From the NCBI GenBank assembly GCA_027923505.1, contig BROI01000011.1:124001-188000 (forward strand): a stretch of 64,000 nucleotides of DNA. Direction: 5' to 3'. The stretch is from Mayamaea pseudoterrestris (lineage: Eukaryota). Position 1 is the first letter of the stretch. Every line of letters starts with the position of its first letter. The translations under genes were made by a program, and so were the position numbers. A model generated the notes under the pieces. That model did no database searches and had not been told where the DNA came from. It saw only the letters and a list, made by a program, of their open reading frames with translations. Of this stretch, positions 1 to 11,343 are shown piece by piece.

Positions 1-330
1 TTTATTTTGTGCATGGGAGATGACATTTCGGACGAGAAGATGTTCACGTCAGTCTTTTCGTACATTGCCGAGCTGGGCGACAGTTTCCGAACTGCTGGAC
101 CTCCGGTTGTGCGAGACGATGGCACATTTGAACCTCCCGTTCCTGACAATTCCGTCGTTCCAGATCCCTTGTTTGCGTACACGGTTGCCGTTGGCAAGAA
201 GTCGAGCCATGCATCGACCTATGTCAATAGTGCCACGAACGTTGCGAATGCTCTCGTGTTGCTGGCAAGTGGACAAGCGCCAGATGAGGGAATTTGGGAT
301 CATCATACCACGGAACACTTGTTTGGTTGA
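1..330 (+). CDS. 3' end of a trehalose-6-phosphate synthase/phosphatase (HAD phosphatase domain); truncated by the window start
   Basis: GDDISDEKMF matches HAD motif IV of TPP domains; C-terminal TVAVGKKSSHASTYV is typical of the family. Confidence 0.75.
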   Translation, partial: FILCMGDDISDEKMFTSVFSYIAELGDSFRTAGPPVVRDDGTFEPPVPDNSVVPDPLFAYTVAVGKKSSHASTYVNSATNVANALVLLASGQAPDEGIWDHHTTEHLFG

Positions 331-859
331 CGAGTGGCGTATCGCTTGCGTCATTGATCTCCTACATTACCTAAGCCTTGATACCTAGTCTATGCATGAT
401 TAACCATTGTAGCTGTATACTCGTTTCACTGTCAATTCACGTAACATCATTGTAGACTGTATCCGACTTGAGTTTGAATCTATCCAGCGTGCTTATAGTA
501 TATATAGAAGGCTTACAGTTGACCGATGGTTTCGAATACGTAAACGTAGTACAGTTGCGTCACACTTTCAGTACCGCTACGACCACATGACAGTCAAAGG
601 CATTGACACGCACCATGAGTAGACTGCGAAATGCCGACGAGGAAAGGCGGCGTTTGTCCCTTCCTCTTTAGTCTGAACATCCCTTTCGTTTTGAAAACCG
701 ACTATCAGAAAACGATTTTCGCTGCTAGAGGAAAAGGGAGTTTGTGTATTTTTTCTTTGAGAGTTTTCGAGATTGAAAAGCATCGAGCAATCAGGCAAAC
801 GACGTTTCTGCATTTCGGCGTATCATTTCCTTTCCATAACTAAAACTTGGCAATCAATC

Positions 860-2821
860 ATGAAGCTTACAACGACGAGACTCTCATTCGGTCTGTTAGT
901 GACGGCGATTGCGTCATTTCTCTGCAGTTTGTATTTCAGCAGTCGACTGTCGCTTGGTGCAGTCCATGGAGGTGGAGCAGGAGTCATCGATGGGACGAGT
1001 CATGACGCGGCCATCGTTTTGAATCGCTTCGAGCACCACGCGGCAGCAGTCTACTCCAAGAAACTGAAAGAGCTATTGAATGAGAATCGAAAGTTACGTC
1101 TGGAACTACAAGGAAGCAAGCAGTCACATGCAGCAGTGATTAGCAACAAGACATTGGCAACGAGTATGACTGCTGGTGCTACTGTCAACGACGTTTGCGA
1201 CGCAGCCTTTGCCCAAACAACCAAAGATCAAACCCCCGGACTGTCTCCAGACTCCATTCGTCGCTCCCGAGCCAATTGGGGTCACTCATATCGACTGGAT
1301 CAGCTTGCTCAAACACTCACGCGTCGTCAGCGCCCGCTGCAAGTGGTTGCCTTTGGAGGCTCCATTACCGTGGCCCACGGCGTTGTGCGAAACTTGACCT
1401 ACGCTGGCTCTGATAGTTATACGGGTCATTTGGAACATTGGCTGAACGAACATTATCCTATTTTAAATGTCGGAAATAGCAAGGGCCAAAAGCAGCGGCA
1501 AACGAACGCATTGAAACGACACCGCGTCTACAACATGGCGCAGCATGGATCTGACTCTTGTGCACTGGCAAAGCGCATGACAAGCATGATCGAATTCTTG
1601 CGACGATCCCACGAAGCGTTTGAAGAACCAGACATGATACTGTTGGAGTATTCCGTCAATGATTATCAGGGGCAGGATCATGTGGATCACGCTGTTTCAA
1701 AGCTCGATGTATTCTTTCAAGGCTTTCAAGATATTGCCTTGTGTGCCGAGGCTGTCGTCTACAAACTCCTAACAGAATATCCAAACGCTGCAGTCGTTTT
1801 TGTTGAATTCCGGACCGCCATTCTGGAGCGCAAGACTGCACAAATGTTACACATGGGTGTCGCGCAGCACTATCAAATACCTGTCATTTCATATGGAGAC
1901 GCCGTCTTTCCCGAGTTCTTTGAACTAGTAAACGACAAGTTGAACATTAGTGACCGATATACAGTGCCCATCGGAGAGACACTGCTTCCATTTCCCTACG
2001 GTTGTCACGAGTGTAAACCCGAGCACATTATTGATCAATTTCGATACTCCTTCAATCCACAAGGCGTCAAAAAATGTCGAACCGTCTGCGACCTAATGAT
2101 GTACGCTGGCTATGATTGCGACTTTCAGGCGCTACCTCCTCCCGGTCGAGACTACTGCTATTCGCCTCTTTTCGCCGTCGATGCCGTTCATCCAAGTGCG
2201 CTTGGCCACCGTATTGCCAATGACTTGATTGTACATGCGCTTGCCACTGCCGTGAAAGAAAACTGTCAACGACAAAGACAAGGCATACAACAATCATCAT
2301 CTCTAGCGATTCGACCGCAAGTGCTGCCTCCCTCCGGCTGGTTGGGTACGCCCAAGGCCCTGCTCACGCGGAGCAACTTTGTCATGGTGCGAGATGCCGA
2401 CTGTTTGACCTACTTTTGTAACACGCTCCTTCCGGTGCAGCGCACGCCCGGCTTTACCTTGTATTCAGATTCCAGGGGATTTTTAAAGCTGGGATGGATT
2501 GCAACAAACAGTAGTGGTGGAGAAACTATTGACTTTGAAATCGATCTGCCGGAACGACCTTGTTACGTTGTTTACTTGGCGATTTTGCGGTCCTACTCGA
2601 GCGACATGGGCCAAATGCAAGTGACTGTTATAGACAAGACAACCGGCAATGGGACGAGTGCTCAATTGGACTCACTTTGGGAGCCCAAGATCTCCGTATG
2701 GTCCGATAACCAAATTACGAGTGACGAGACTCCAGCCTGCACTGGGCAGTGCATTTTGCGCGTTGAAACGTTGCCGCAACTAGCAGAGCGTACAGGAAAC
2801 AAGGTTAAAATCCTGACATAA
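860..2821 (+). CDS. SGNH/GDSL-like hydrolase or esterase with N-terminal membrane anchor
   Basis: Long ORF with hydrophobic N-terminus, block I FGGSIT, LEYSVND and catalytic DAVHP (DxxH). Confidence 0.75.
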   Translation: MKLTTTRLSFGLLVTAIASFLCSLYFSSRLSLGAVHGGGAGVIDGTSHDAAIVLNRFEHHAAAVYSKKLKELLNENRKLRLELQGSKQSHAAVISNKTLATSMTAGATVNDVCDAAFAQTTKDQTPGLSPDSIRRSRANWGHSYRLDQLAQTLTRRQRPLQVVAFGGSITVAHGVVRNLTYAGSDSYTGHLEHWLNEHYPILNVGNSKGQKQRQTNALKRHRVYNMAQHGSDSCALAKRMTSMIEFLRRSHEAFEEPDMILLEYSVNDYQGQDHVDHAVSKLDVFFQGFQDIALCAEAVVYKLLTEYPNAAVVFVEFRTAILERKTAQMLHMGVAQHYQIPVISYGDAVFPEFFELVNDKLNISDRYTVPIGETLLPFPYGCHECKPEHIIDQFRYSFNPQGVKKCRTVCDLMMYAGYDCDFQALPPPGRDYCYSPLFAVDAVHPSALGHRIANDLIVHALATAVKENCQRQRQGIQQSSSLAIRPQVLPPSGWLGTPKALLTRSNFVMVRDADCLTYFCNTLLPVQRTPGFTLYSDSRGFLKLGWIATNSSGGETIDFEIDLPERPCYVVYLAILRSYSSDMGQMQVTVIDKTTGNGTSAQLDSLWEPKISVWSDNQITSDETPACTGQCILRVETLPQLAERTGNKVKILT

Positions 2822-2900
2822 TCAGTTCGAGAATGCATCAAGCTATAATACTTTTGGGTGGTCATGTATGTTATACAAACGAGAGGTTTGAACGCAGCAA

Positions 2901-4451
2901 CTAATTACCAACCATCTCTGCCTGTGATTTGCAATGCGTTGCGCAAGAGCAGAGCAGTGCAGAATGGCAAGATACCACAATGTCGTTCAAGCGTCCAATG
3001 GATCTCAAGGCACACACTTCGTCTGGGAAAGTTCCATAAAAGTCGGTATCATAAATCATCAATTGCTCCAGCTCCGTTAATTTACCCATCTCGGTTGGAA
3101 TTGGACCTGCCAATCGAGTCTGCTGCAAGTGCAGCGTCCGTAAGTTTGTCAGACTTCCAATTTCGCTCGGTAGCGATCCTCCCAACTGATGATTTGTATT
3201 AAAATAGAGATGCTCAAGATGCTTTAAACCTGCAAGCTCCGTCGGAATCGAACCAGTGAGATTGGCATTGTTAAATATGAGCTGCGTAACCTGTTGATGA
3301 TCGTTACAGTGCACCCGACTCCAAGACTTGCAAATACCGGATACACCGTCAACCAAGTCCCAGTCGGCGAAGCCCAAATGGTGCCGGACCAGATACATGG
3401 CATAGCCAACACCAAACATTGAATCCCACGTTGGACAATCTGTCGACGCCACTTCAAGTTCGTCCTGCGATAAAAGCCAGTCAATCGCCTTGTACTCGGG
3501 CGAGTGGTGGTCGCTCATGTTGGCGGTTTTCAAACGCCCCTACAGCAAGCCATGAATACACCCAAATCACACCAGAATGATGCCAACATCATTATTCAGG
3601 CTGCGCAACAAGATGGCATGCTTGGCTGGGATCTCAGTAGACTGCAATGTGATTGGTGACAACTTGTCACCAGTCTCAGCCTGCAGATGCCTTGACATTC
3701 AAACGCCCCTACAGCAAGCCATGTATACACCCAAATCACACCAGAATGATGCCAACATCATTATTCAGGCTGCTCAACAAGATGGTATACTTGGATGGTG
3801 TCTCAGTAGACTGCAATGTGATTGGTGACAACTTGTCACCAGTCTCAGCCCCCAGATGCAGCTCCGAGCACACTTGATGAAGTAAGAGAATCGGTCCACC
3901 TGCGAATCGGATGGGCCGAGCATAAACTCATTCCACGCTTCATACACCATGACGGCTGCGCCAAGTACCAGCAACAGTAAACCAAGTTGTCGCGAATATT
4001 TTGCTGCAAATGAGCGAACCTTCTGCGCCGGCCCTTCGTCCTCAACGTCCATTGGCTGCATTGGATGAAACGGCACATTTCCATGGGTTCCTGCTCTCGT
4101 CGAGCGACGAAACGGGCGATGGGGGTATTCGTCACTCATGGGCGCATAGAATTCTTGTCGGACGCGGGAAAGAATTTCATCGCTGAGCTCACCTGCACTG
4201 TTTGTCAACGGGTCGTCCTGCCTTTCAATCAATGGCGCGATTGCATCGATAGCACCCTGCGATTCTGTATCTGCAAACTGAGAATTGGAGCTCATGGTTC
4301 GATAGAGCAATTCGCGATAAAGCTGCCTCAATAATCCTTGCTGCGACGGCGAAAGGCGAGGGTTTCGAATGATACGGGTGCGCTGGAAACGTTGGTTGGC
4401 ACGTTCCAGCAAAGCTTCGAGAAGCGGATCTTCCAATGGATCTTGGCTCAT
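2901..4451 (-). CDS. Membrane-anchored leucine-rich-repeat protein, interrupted by satellite at ~3529-3859 (possibly a pseudogene)
   Basis: 5' part has a TM helix (QLGLLLLVLGAAVMVY). 3' part has the SPEYKAIDWL motif, an LRR N-cap (CKSWSRVHC) and plant-type LRRs (LTGSIPTEL, LGGSLPSEI, LAGPIPTEM). Both ORFs are in the same frame (4451-3533=918). Confidence 0.75.
3529..3859 (-). repeat. Dispersed ~2-monomer copy of the 169-bp satellite, inverted relative to the main array
   Basis: Reverse complement of the array consensus, including two TGGTGACAA-N-TTGTCACCA palindromes. Confidence 0.97.
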
Positions 4452-4730
4452 GGTTCGTCCAAGTTTTGAAGAGTTGCTCGCGAGCGAAGAGACTTGGAGT
4501 TGCGATCCATTTCTAATTTCAGGTTTTCCTGTAAATTCGCAAGCTAGTTTTCACATTTTCATGACGTCTTTTCATGACACCTTTTCATGATGCGTCGAGG
4601 ACGCGCCATCACCCTTCGCACGCAAGGATCATCCCTGCTCCACAACAAACACAAGGAAGCCGACTGTTTCATTGATTGTAGATGTGCATCTATACTATAC
4701 TTGTGCGTCACCAAGAACCATAAATTAGGC

Positions 4731-6695
4731 ATGAGTGAATCGGCAAGCGAAGAGAAACGAGACAGAGAGACTTCTCGAAACGACGCTTCGTCAAGGCAGA
4801 ATCTTTCGAACGAGACTTTACCCAAATGGGTCTACCAAGCCAGCGAACGGCGACAAGAGAACGGCGAAGATATCATAACGATGCCTCCTCCATTGACGGG
4901 TGATTGCACACCCGATCTCGGGACGTACGTTCGCAAAAACGTCACGAATCTTGATTCCGATTCAACTGCTCGCGCCTACTTTGACCTTGGACTACGTCTA
5001 ATGTTTGCCTATCAGCATGAACTCGCTGCCAATTGTTTTATGGCCACCGTTCAATTGGCTCCATTTTGTGCACTCGCTCATGGTTTGATCGCGCTTTGCC
5101 ATGGTCCAAATTACAACTTCAAGGGCGAACCTTACTACGAGTCGAGCTTTCGACCAAATGAAGCTGGCGCGGATGACGCATCTTGCATTTTTCCGTCTCA
5201 GCATGTTGCAAGTCGTCATTCGAAAGCAGCGATGCAAGTGATTGACAGTAGTCGAGACACGCACCAACGTCAGCCTGATGAATCAGGAGCAGTTCGTCCA
5301 AACATGATTTCGGAGTCGGAGATGCAGTGGCTGCAAGCGATTCACATTCTCACGAGTCAACCTGGAGTGGATCCATTACAAGCGACACAAGTGGTCGGAC
5401 ATGGCTACGCAAACGCAATGCGCCTTGTGCATCAAGCATATCCAGATGACGCAGACATTGCCTTTTACTTTGCCGAAGCGCTCATGGTGCTAAACGCATG
5501 GCGCTTGTACGAGTATCCTTCGGGCGAGCCATTGAGCCCTGACGTTGATGAAATTCGAAACGTACTAGAAAACATGCTTGCTCGAAGTGAGCATGCCCAC
5601 CACGCTGGGTTGTGCCACTTGTACGTGCACTTGATGGAAATGTCGGCACAGCCAGAACTGGCGTTCCTTGCCAGCGCATCGCTCCGACACGAGTTCCCCG
5701 ACGCAGGTCACTTGGTGCACATGGGCACGCATATTGATGTGCTGGTGGGCGACTATGAGGCCTGCGTCAAGTTCAATCAAGCTGCCGTTATCGCGGACGA
5801 GCACGTTGCAACGTTTTCACCACAAACGAATGGACCACAATCATTCTACTTTAATTACGCTGTTCACAATTATCACATGCTTGTGTTTGGCGCCATTCTC
5901 GGTGGAATGGAGCAACAAGGCATGATTGCCGCTCGAAAGTTGAATGAAACTGTCAATGAATCATTCTTCGAGAAGCATCCAAACTTGGTCGCATATCTGG
6001 AGAGCTATTCGGCACTCGATGTTCACATCATGATTCGATTTGGTCGGTGGAAAGAAATTTTGGAACTAGAGCTGCCCAAAAATGAGCTCTTGATGCTATA
6101 TCGAGCGGGCAGTATGCACTCGGCGCGTGGATTGGCGCTGGCGACCATGGAGCGGACAGAGGAGGCACTGGAGGAAGCGAAGCAGCTGGACGCGCTGAGA
6201 CAGTTACCGGAAGCCAGTGCTCGCATACTCTACAACAACTCTGTCGATCGGCTACTGGACGTGGAGGCTGCCATGCTGCGTGGCGAAATTGCCTATCGAG
6301 TCGGGGATTACGAGTTGGCATTCTCGTTGCTTCGAGATGCCGTCAAGCTACAGGACGGACTGAACTACGATGAGCCTTGGGGCAAGATGCAGCCAATCAG
6401 GCACGCTCTTGGTGGGTTGCTATTGGAGCAAGGGCAGGTTGATGAAGCTGCAGAGGTGTTTCGCTTGGATCTCAAGTTACATCCAAAGAACCCATTTGCG
6501 ATGGTTGGACTCATTGCTTGTTTGAAGCGTATGGAAAGGGAATGTTGCGGGAGGAAAGGCAGCGGCGGCACCAGTAGTAATAGTATGGGCAGTGTAACCC
6601 TGAGTGAGCTTGAGTCGCTACTGAAGGAGCAGCGGGGCTTGCACTGGGCCGACTTCGACATCAGGGTTGCTTGTGAATGTTGCAAGCGATCGTGA
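4731..6695 (+). CDS. TPR-domain protein
   Basis: Intronless ORF with helical TPR-like repeats and motifs GPNYN, HAGLCHLYVHLME, AGHLVHM and YDEPW..P.RHALG. Confidence 0.8.
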   Translation: MSESASEEKRDRETSRNDASSRQNLSNETLPKWVYQASERRQENGEDIITMPPPLTGDCTPDLGTYVRKNVTNLDSDSTARAYFDLGLRLMFAYQHELAANCFMATVQLAPFCALAHGLIALCHGPNYNFKGEPYYESSFRPNEAGADDASCIFPSQHVASRHSKAAMQVIDSSRDTHQRQPDESGAVRPNMISESEMQWLQAIHILTSQPGVDPLQATQVVGHGYANAMRLVHQAYPDDADIAFYFAEALMVLNAWRLYEYPSGEPLSPDVDEIRNVLENMLARSEHAHHAGLCHLYVHLMEMSAQPELAFLASASLRHEFPDAGHLVHMGTHIDVLVGDYEACVKFNQAAVIADEHVATFSPQTNGPQSFYFNYAVHNYHMLVFGAILGGMEQQGMIAARKLNETVNESFFEKHPNLVAYLESYSALDVHIMIRFGRWKEILELELPKNELLMLYRAGSMHSARGLALATMERTEEALEEAKQLDALRQLPEASARILYNNSVDRLLDVEAAMLRGEIAYRVGDYELAFSLLRDAVKLQDGLNYDEPWGKMQPIRHALGGLLLEQGQVDEAAEVFRLDLKLHPKNPFAMVGLIACLKRMERECCGRKGSGGTSSNSMGSVTLSELESLLKEQRGLHWADFDIRVACECCKRS

Positions 6696-6815
6696 ACTTT
6701 TCCGGACGAGCAAGGTACATATTTACGGCTTGTTCTATTTGCATGTTACTGATATTCACTTATAGTTTATAAGATTTCAATCATTACGTATTATCTTATA
6801 TCAGCATTTTCGCTT

Positions 6816-9694
6816 TTACAAAGACGACCAAAAATCGGGCTTGGATAATTCGCTAGCCTGAAGAATGCCCAAAAACTTGGCATTCGAACGCATTCCCTCC
6901 AGCGTCTGCGATATCTTGCGTGCCGACGACGGCAACGTGTGGTCTTTAAAAAAAGCTTCGATCTCGTCCGCCTTTTCGTTCGAGCAAAAACCCGAGCAGC
7001 ACATGACAATGACGGCATCCATCAAAGAAGAACTAGCGTTTGCGACCATCGCCTTGATCGCTTCAAAGTTGTCCTGGAAATACTTCCAAGCAACTTGGCG
7101 TCCCGCACTGTTCGAGTGTCCGACGCTGCCCATCAGGTAAAAGAAGTCTTGCAATTTAATTTCGCCCGATGTTGACCACTCCATCGTCTTGAGCTTGAGT
7201 TTAGGATCAGAAATGAATCCCAGCGAGCCGAGCACATGCTTTCGCTCTGCATTGTCGGTGGCGTCGTAGTAGTACTTCTTAACTTCATCGTACTCCTTAG
7301 CCGTTCCATTCTTTAAATAAATCTTGAACACTGGGCTGCGAATATCGCTAGGAAGGCTTTGCACGTCGTCGTGATTCTCCAAAAAGGCTTTAAATCGCGT
7401 TGATGCTTCCGAAGCGACCGATTCGTCGTCATAGGCAAACGTGCCGAGCAGATTGACCAAAATACCACGCAACATCGAAGTCAATGGGTCGTCAGACTTG
7501 GAAGCCACCCACCCGACTTTTTGCATACCATTGACGACAATCGACCGAGCAAACGCATGAAAGTTGGCGTTGATAGCTTCGTCATCCGACAGTACAGTGT
7601 CGAGTCCGTTCAAAGCGCTCGAAATTGACTCCCATACTACGTAACTGTCCTCGTCTCTGTAACTGGCGAGCAGTCGCATCAAGGCTTCCGGTGCCATGTG
7701 ATTTGCCTTGACCAGAGCGTACGCATCCGTCAACAAACCAGCGCGGTCAATGCCGGACATAGACTTGTCTTGGATACCAGTCGCGAGACGCTTGAGCATC
7801 TCTTCGCTTGGCAAGACGCGCATAGGAACTTCCTGGCCGGCATTGAGTTTGACCCACTTTGATGCAGGAAGGGTCACCGTTGCCGTTTTCTGACGCATCA
7901 GCGTCATGTCCTCCTGCGGCCCATTTTCGTTGCACGTCATGATTGGAATTGTCCAGTGTTTGGCCAATCCTTCCTCGTCCAGTTCTGACCCATCCGCCAA
8001 AAACCAAACTTGCTCCAGTTGCAGCGTGACAGCATCAGCCTTCCAGTCCTCTCCGACGACCTTTAATAATGGAAATCCCATTTGCTCCGTCCAGCTCGTC
8101 ATCATTTCCGCAACAGGCATTTTGCTGACCTCTTCCCACGCATTCCACAAATCGAGAGTTTCCGTATTGCCGTACGCATACTTTTTCATGTAGTTGACAA
8201 GTCCAGTGCGGAAAAAGTTCATTCCCAGCACCGCCTTGATCATGCGAATCACCGACGCTCCTTTGCAGTAGCTAATCGCGTCAAAGACTTGCTCCACCTC
8301 CTTGGCGTCATGAATGGGCACCTGAATCGGATGACTGGATCGCAGCGCGTCGAGGCGGAGGGCCGACGCCAAGGCGCCCGTGGTGAATTGGTCCCACATT
8401 TTGAACTCTGGAAAGAGTTCGTTCGTCGCCCAATTCTCGCACCAACTGGCAAAGCCTTCGTTCAACCACAAGTCGTCCCACCACTGCATGGTGACCAAGT
8501 TTCCAAACCACTGGTGGGCCAGTTCGTGCGTGACAACCACCGCGACGCGCTGCTTTTGACTGGAGCTCGCCTTGATGGGGTCAATGAGCAAGTCGACTTC
8601 GCGGTACGTGACCAGTCCCCAGTTTTCCATGGCGCCAGCGGCGAACTCGGGAATGGCAACCTGCGTGGTGGAGAAATGTTACAATGAGAAAGTTGCTCGT
8701 CAAGAAAGACGGATGCCAACAAAATTTTTACTATTTACTTACCATGTCCAGTTTCAACAACGGATACGGCACTTCAAAGAACGCATTGTAGGCATCCAGC
8801 GCTCGCACGGCGCAGTCCAAGGCGTAGTGACCAGAGTCCGACTTGCCCGGCGGCGTGTACACCTTGACCAGGACACCTTCCTTGGAAACGGCTTGAACCG
8901 AGTCAAACTCGCCAACGATAAAGGCCAGCAAGTAGGGACTCATTTGGGGCGTGTCCATGAATGTGACGGATTTCTTCACTTTGGCAACACTGTTGTTGTT
9001 ACCATTCGACGCTCCACTCTTGATGGTTGCAATGGTTTTTTCCGGCATGTTGCTTAAACAGTCCAATTGCTGCGGCACAATCAAGGTCAACGCAAAGACT
9101 GCCTTGGCGGCTGGTTCGTCCACGCACGGAAAGGCTCGTCGCGCGTCAATGGATTCAAACTGCGTCGAAGCCATGATTTTCTTGTTGCCGTGTATATCGG
9201 TATATTGCGATCGATAGAATCCGCACATTTGATTGTTCAACATGCCCGAGTAGTCGACTTTCAACGAAAAACTACCCGACGATGGAAGCGCATCCGGTGC
9301 AAAAACAAACTCGACCGTTGTCGCGGCAAAATTCATGCGAATCTCGTCGACGGCAACTTTGGTTCCATCCTCCAATATAGCACGAGCCGACTGAAAGGCC
9401 AATTCCTTGGCGTGCAACGTAACGGAGCGATAGGGCTGCTGCTGCTGATTGTTGACTTTGAAGGAAATGTCGACATGTCCCTGAAACGTAAACGCCTCCA
9501 AGTCAGGTTCAATCGACAAGTCATATCTGCAATGAATGAAAATTTGTTGAGTGATTTATCAACTGAGCCATTTCTGCAAGAGCGAAGTTTACTTGCTCCT
9601 GAAAAATCTCAATCGAAGCCACGTACCGCGTCGGAACGACATGCGACGGCAAAATAACCCGGCCTTCCTTCTTGTCCAACAGTGTCACGAGCAT
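6816..9694 (-). CDS. M1 family (puromycin-sensitive-like) aminopeptidase; 3 exons, introns 9527-9626 and 8661-8742
   Basis: GAMENWG and HELAHQWFG...NEGFA (HEXXH-18-E) motifs; STQFE..DARRAFPC; GTACGT..CAG and GTAAGT..CAG introns join the exons in frame. Confidence 0.95.
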
Positions 9695-10240
9695 GATGAG
9701 TAGTACTGTAAACTATGCGAATATAGAATTCAATGCAATTGGATGATCTTGCTGCGGCCAAGATCCATGAATATCTTGCTGCGGATCGTCATGGAAGCCG
9801 TCGGATGGAGAGGGCCGTCACGCTTTATCGCAGCGTGAATGAAAGAATGTCAATGACACTCGTGACGAGGCATTGACATTGGGCAATTGTCTTCAGTGAC
9901 ATTCTGTGACTTTCAAACAATATTGCCTTTCCCTTGCCCATGGCCGATCAACGACCGATGGGAGGTCACCATGCGTCATGAAAATGGTGACGAGCCTTCG
10001 GCAACCCTTGCCACCACTTTGACCGTTCCAACAACGCAGACGGCGGTCATGGGAAGGCCTGCCTGCCACTCCCTTGAACGGCAGCGTCGTGTCGGGCAAA
10101 CTGCATCGTCTTTTTGACTCTCTCCTACCGGTAGTAGCTGACACTGCGGCATTCTCCTACTTGGCTGGACTGCTTAATTCTATCATCTCTTGGTGGTATA
10201 TTCATTTCAATTTCTTTTAGTCTCTACTACGTTTGCAATC

Positions 10241-10768
10241 ATGATGCAAGTGGATCCCATGGAAGCAGCAGCAGCTGCTACAGGCACCAACCAGACAATA
10301 CTGCACGCGCCTCCAGCTGCCTCCGACTCGTTTTCTCGGCCATCCTCGCCAGTCGTTCACTGCGACGAGCAGCAGCAGCCGTTTGCCGCAGCAGCATCAT
10401 CATCTTCATCTTCATCTCTGGAGCAGCAAGCTCCCAAGCAGCAGCAGCAAGCTCCCAAGCAGCATCGACTCGTCGCTACAAAGGACGCGGCGGCACTCTC
10501 CAGTACGCTCATTTCGAAGCAGACGCTGCAGCAAACCTTGTGCGATTCATTAACAATGGCCTACGAGTTGATGGAGGAGGAAGACGATTACGAGATTGCC
10601 AATTCCAAGTTTAAAGTGGTGCAAGGCATGCGTGCCAGCGTGTTCCGTTATGCAAACTCAGATGCAGTAGCGACGACGACGACGAATGCAGGAGCAATTT
10701 CTGCAGCATCCACGCAATCGTCTGCCAAGAGTCTGGCAGCATCAGCCGCCGCCAAGCGCAAGCGGTGA
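10241..10768 (+). CDS. Hypothetical low-complexity protein
   Basis: ORF with poly-S/Q/A tracts and a basic C-terminus (AKRKR); no recognised domain. Confidence 0.55.
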   Translation: MMQVDPMEAAAAATGTNQTILHAPPAASDSFSRPSSPVVHCDEQQQPFAAAASSSSSSSLEQQAPKQQQQAPKQHRLVATKDAAALSSTLISKQTLQQTLCDSLTMAYELMEEEDDYEIANSKFKVVQGMRASVFRYANSDAVATTTTNAGAISAASTQSSAKSLAASAAAKRKR

Positions 10769-11343
10769 ATGCATGTATCAAGTCGCCTCGTCGCCCTTTT
10801 GTTGCTTTCTCTGACTGTTGCCTACATGTATGTAATTAATACTAATAATAATAACTCAATGATTTACTATCTAGTACCTGTTAAACGTGACATATGCAGT
10901 CGTATCGCAGCAATAGGCAAATAATGTTGTTTTAGCTACATACTGTAGATGATGATGTGCTTCACCTGCTTGTTTTTTCCATCCAGGTTCACCTTGACGC
11001 TCCTCGGCCGCGGCCAATGCCTGCGATTGGATCAAACTTCCATTCTCAGCTGTTTTGACGCACGACTCGAGTGCGTCAGTCTGGCTGCAAGTGATGCTGC
11101 GACATCTCATCAACAGACTTTGGTTTGGCGCGATCTTCGTCGACCGCCTTGGAGTTCTTGAAGCAATCAAGGCGCGGCAACAGCGAAAGGCATCACTCAT
11201 GCATCGCCTTCACCATGACCTTTCCATGCGAGGCTGCAGCTGCAGCTAGTAGTACTACAAATGCTAAATGTACCGAATATAGTAGACGAATGAAACGACA
11301 AATATACCAGAACCAATCAAGGCCGCTGTCGCCGCTTCAAAGC

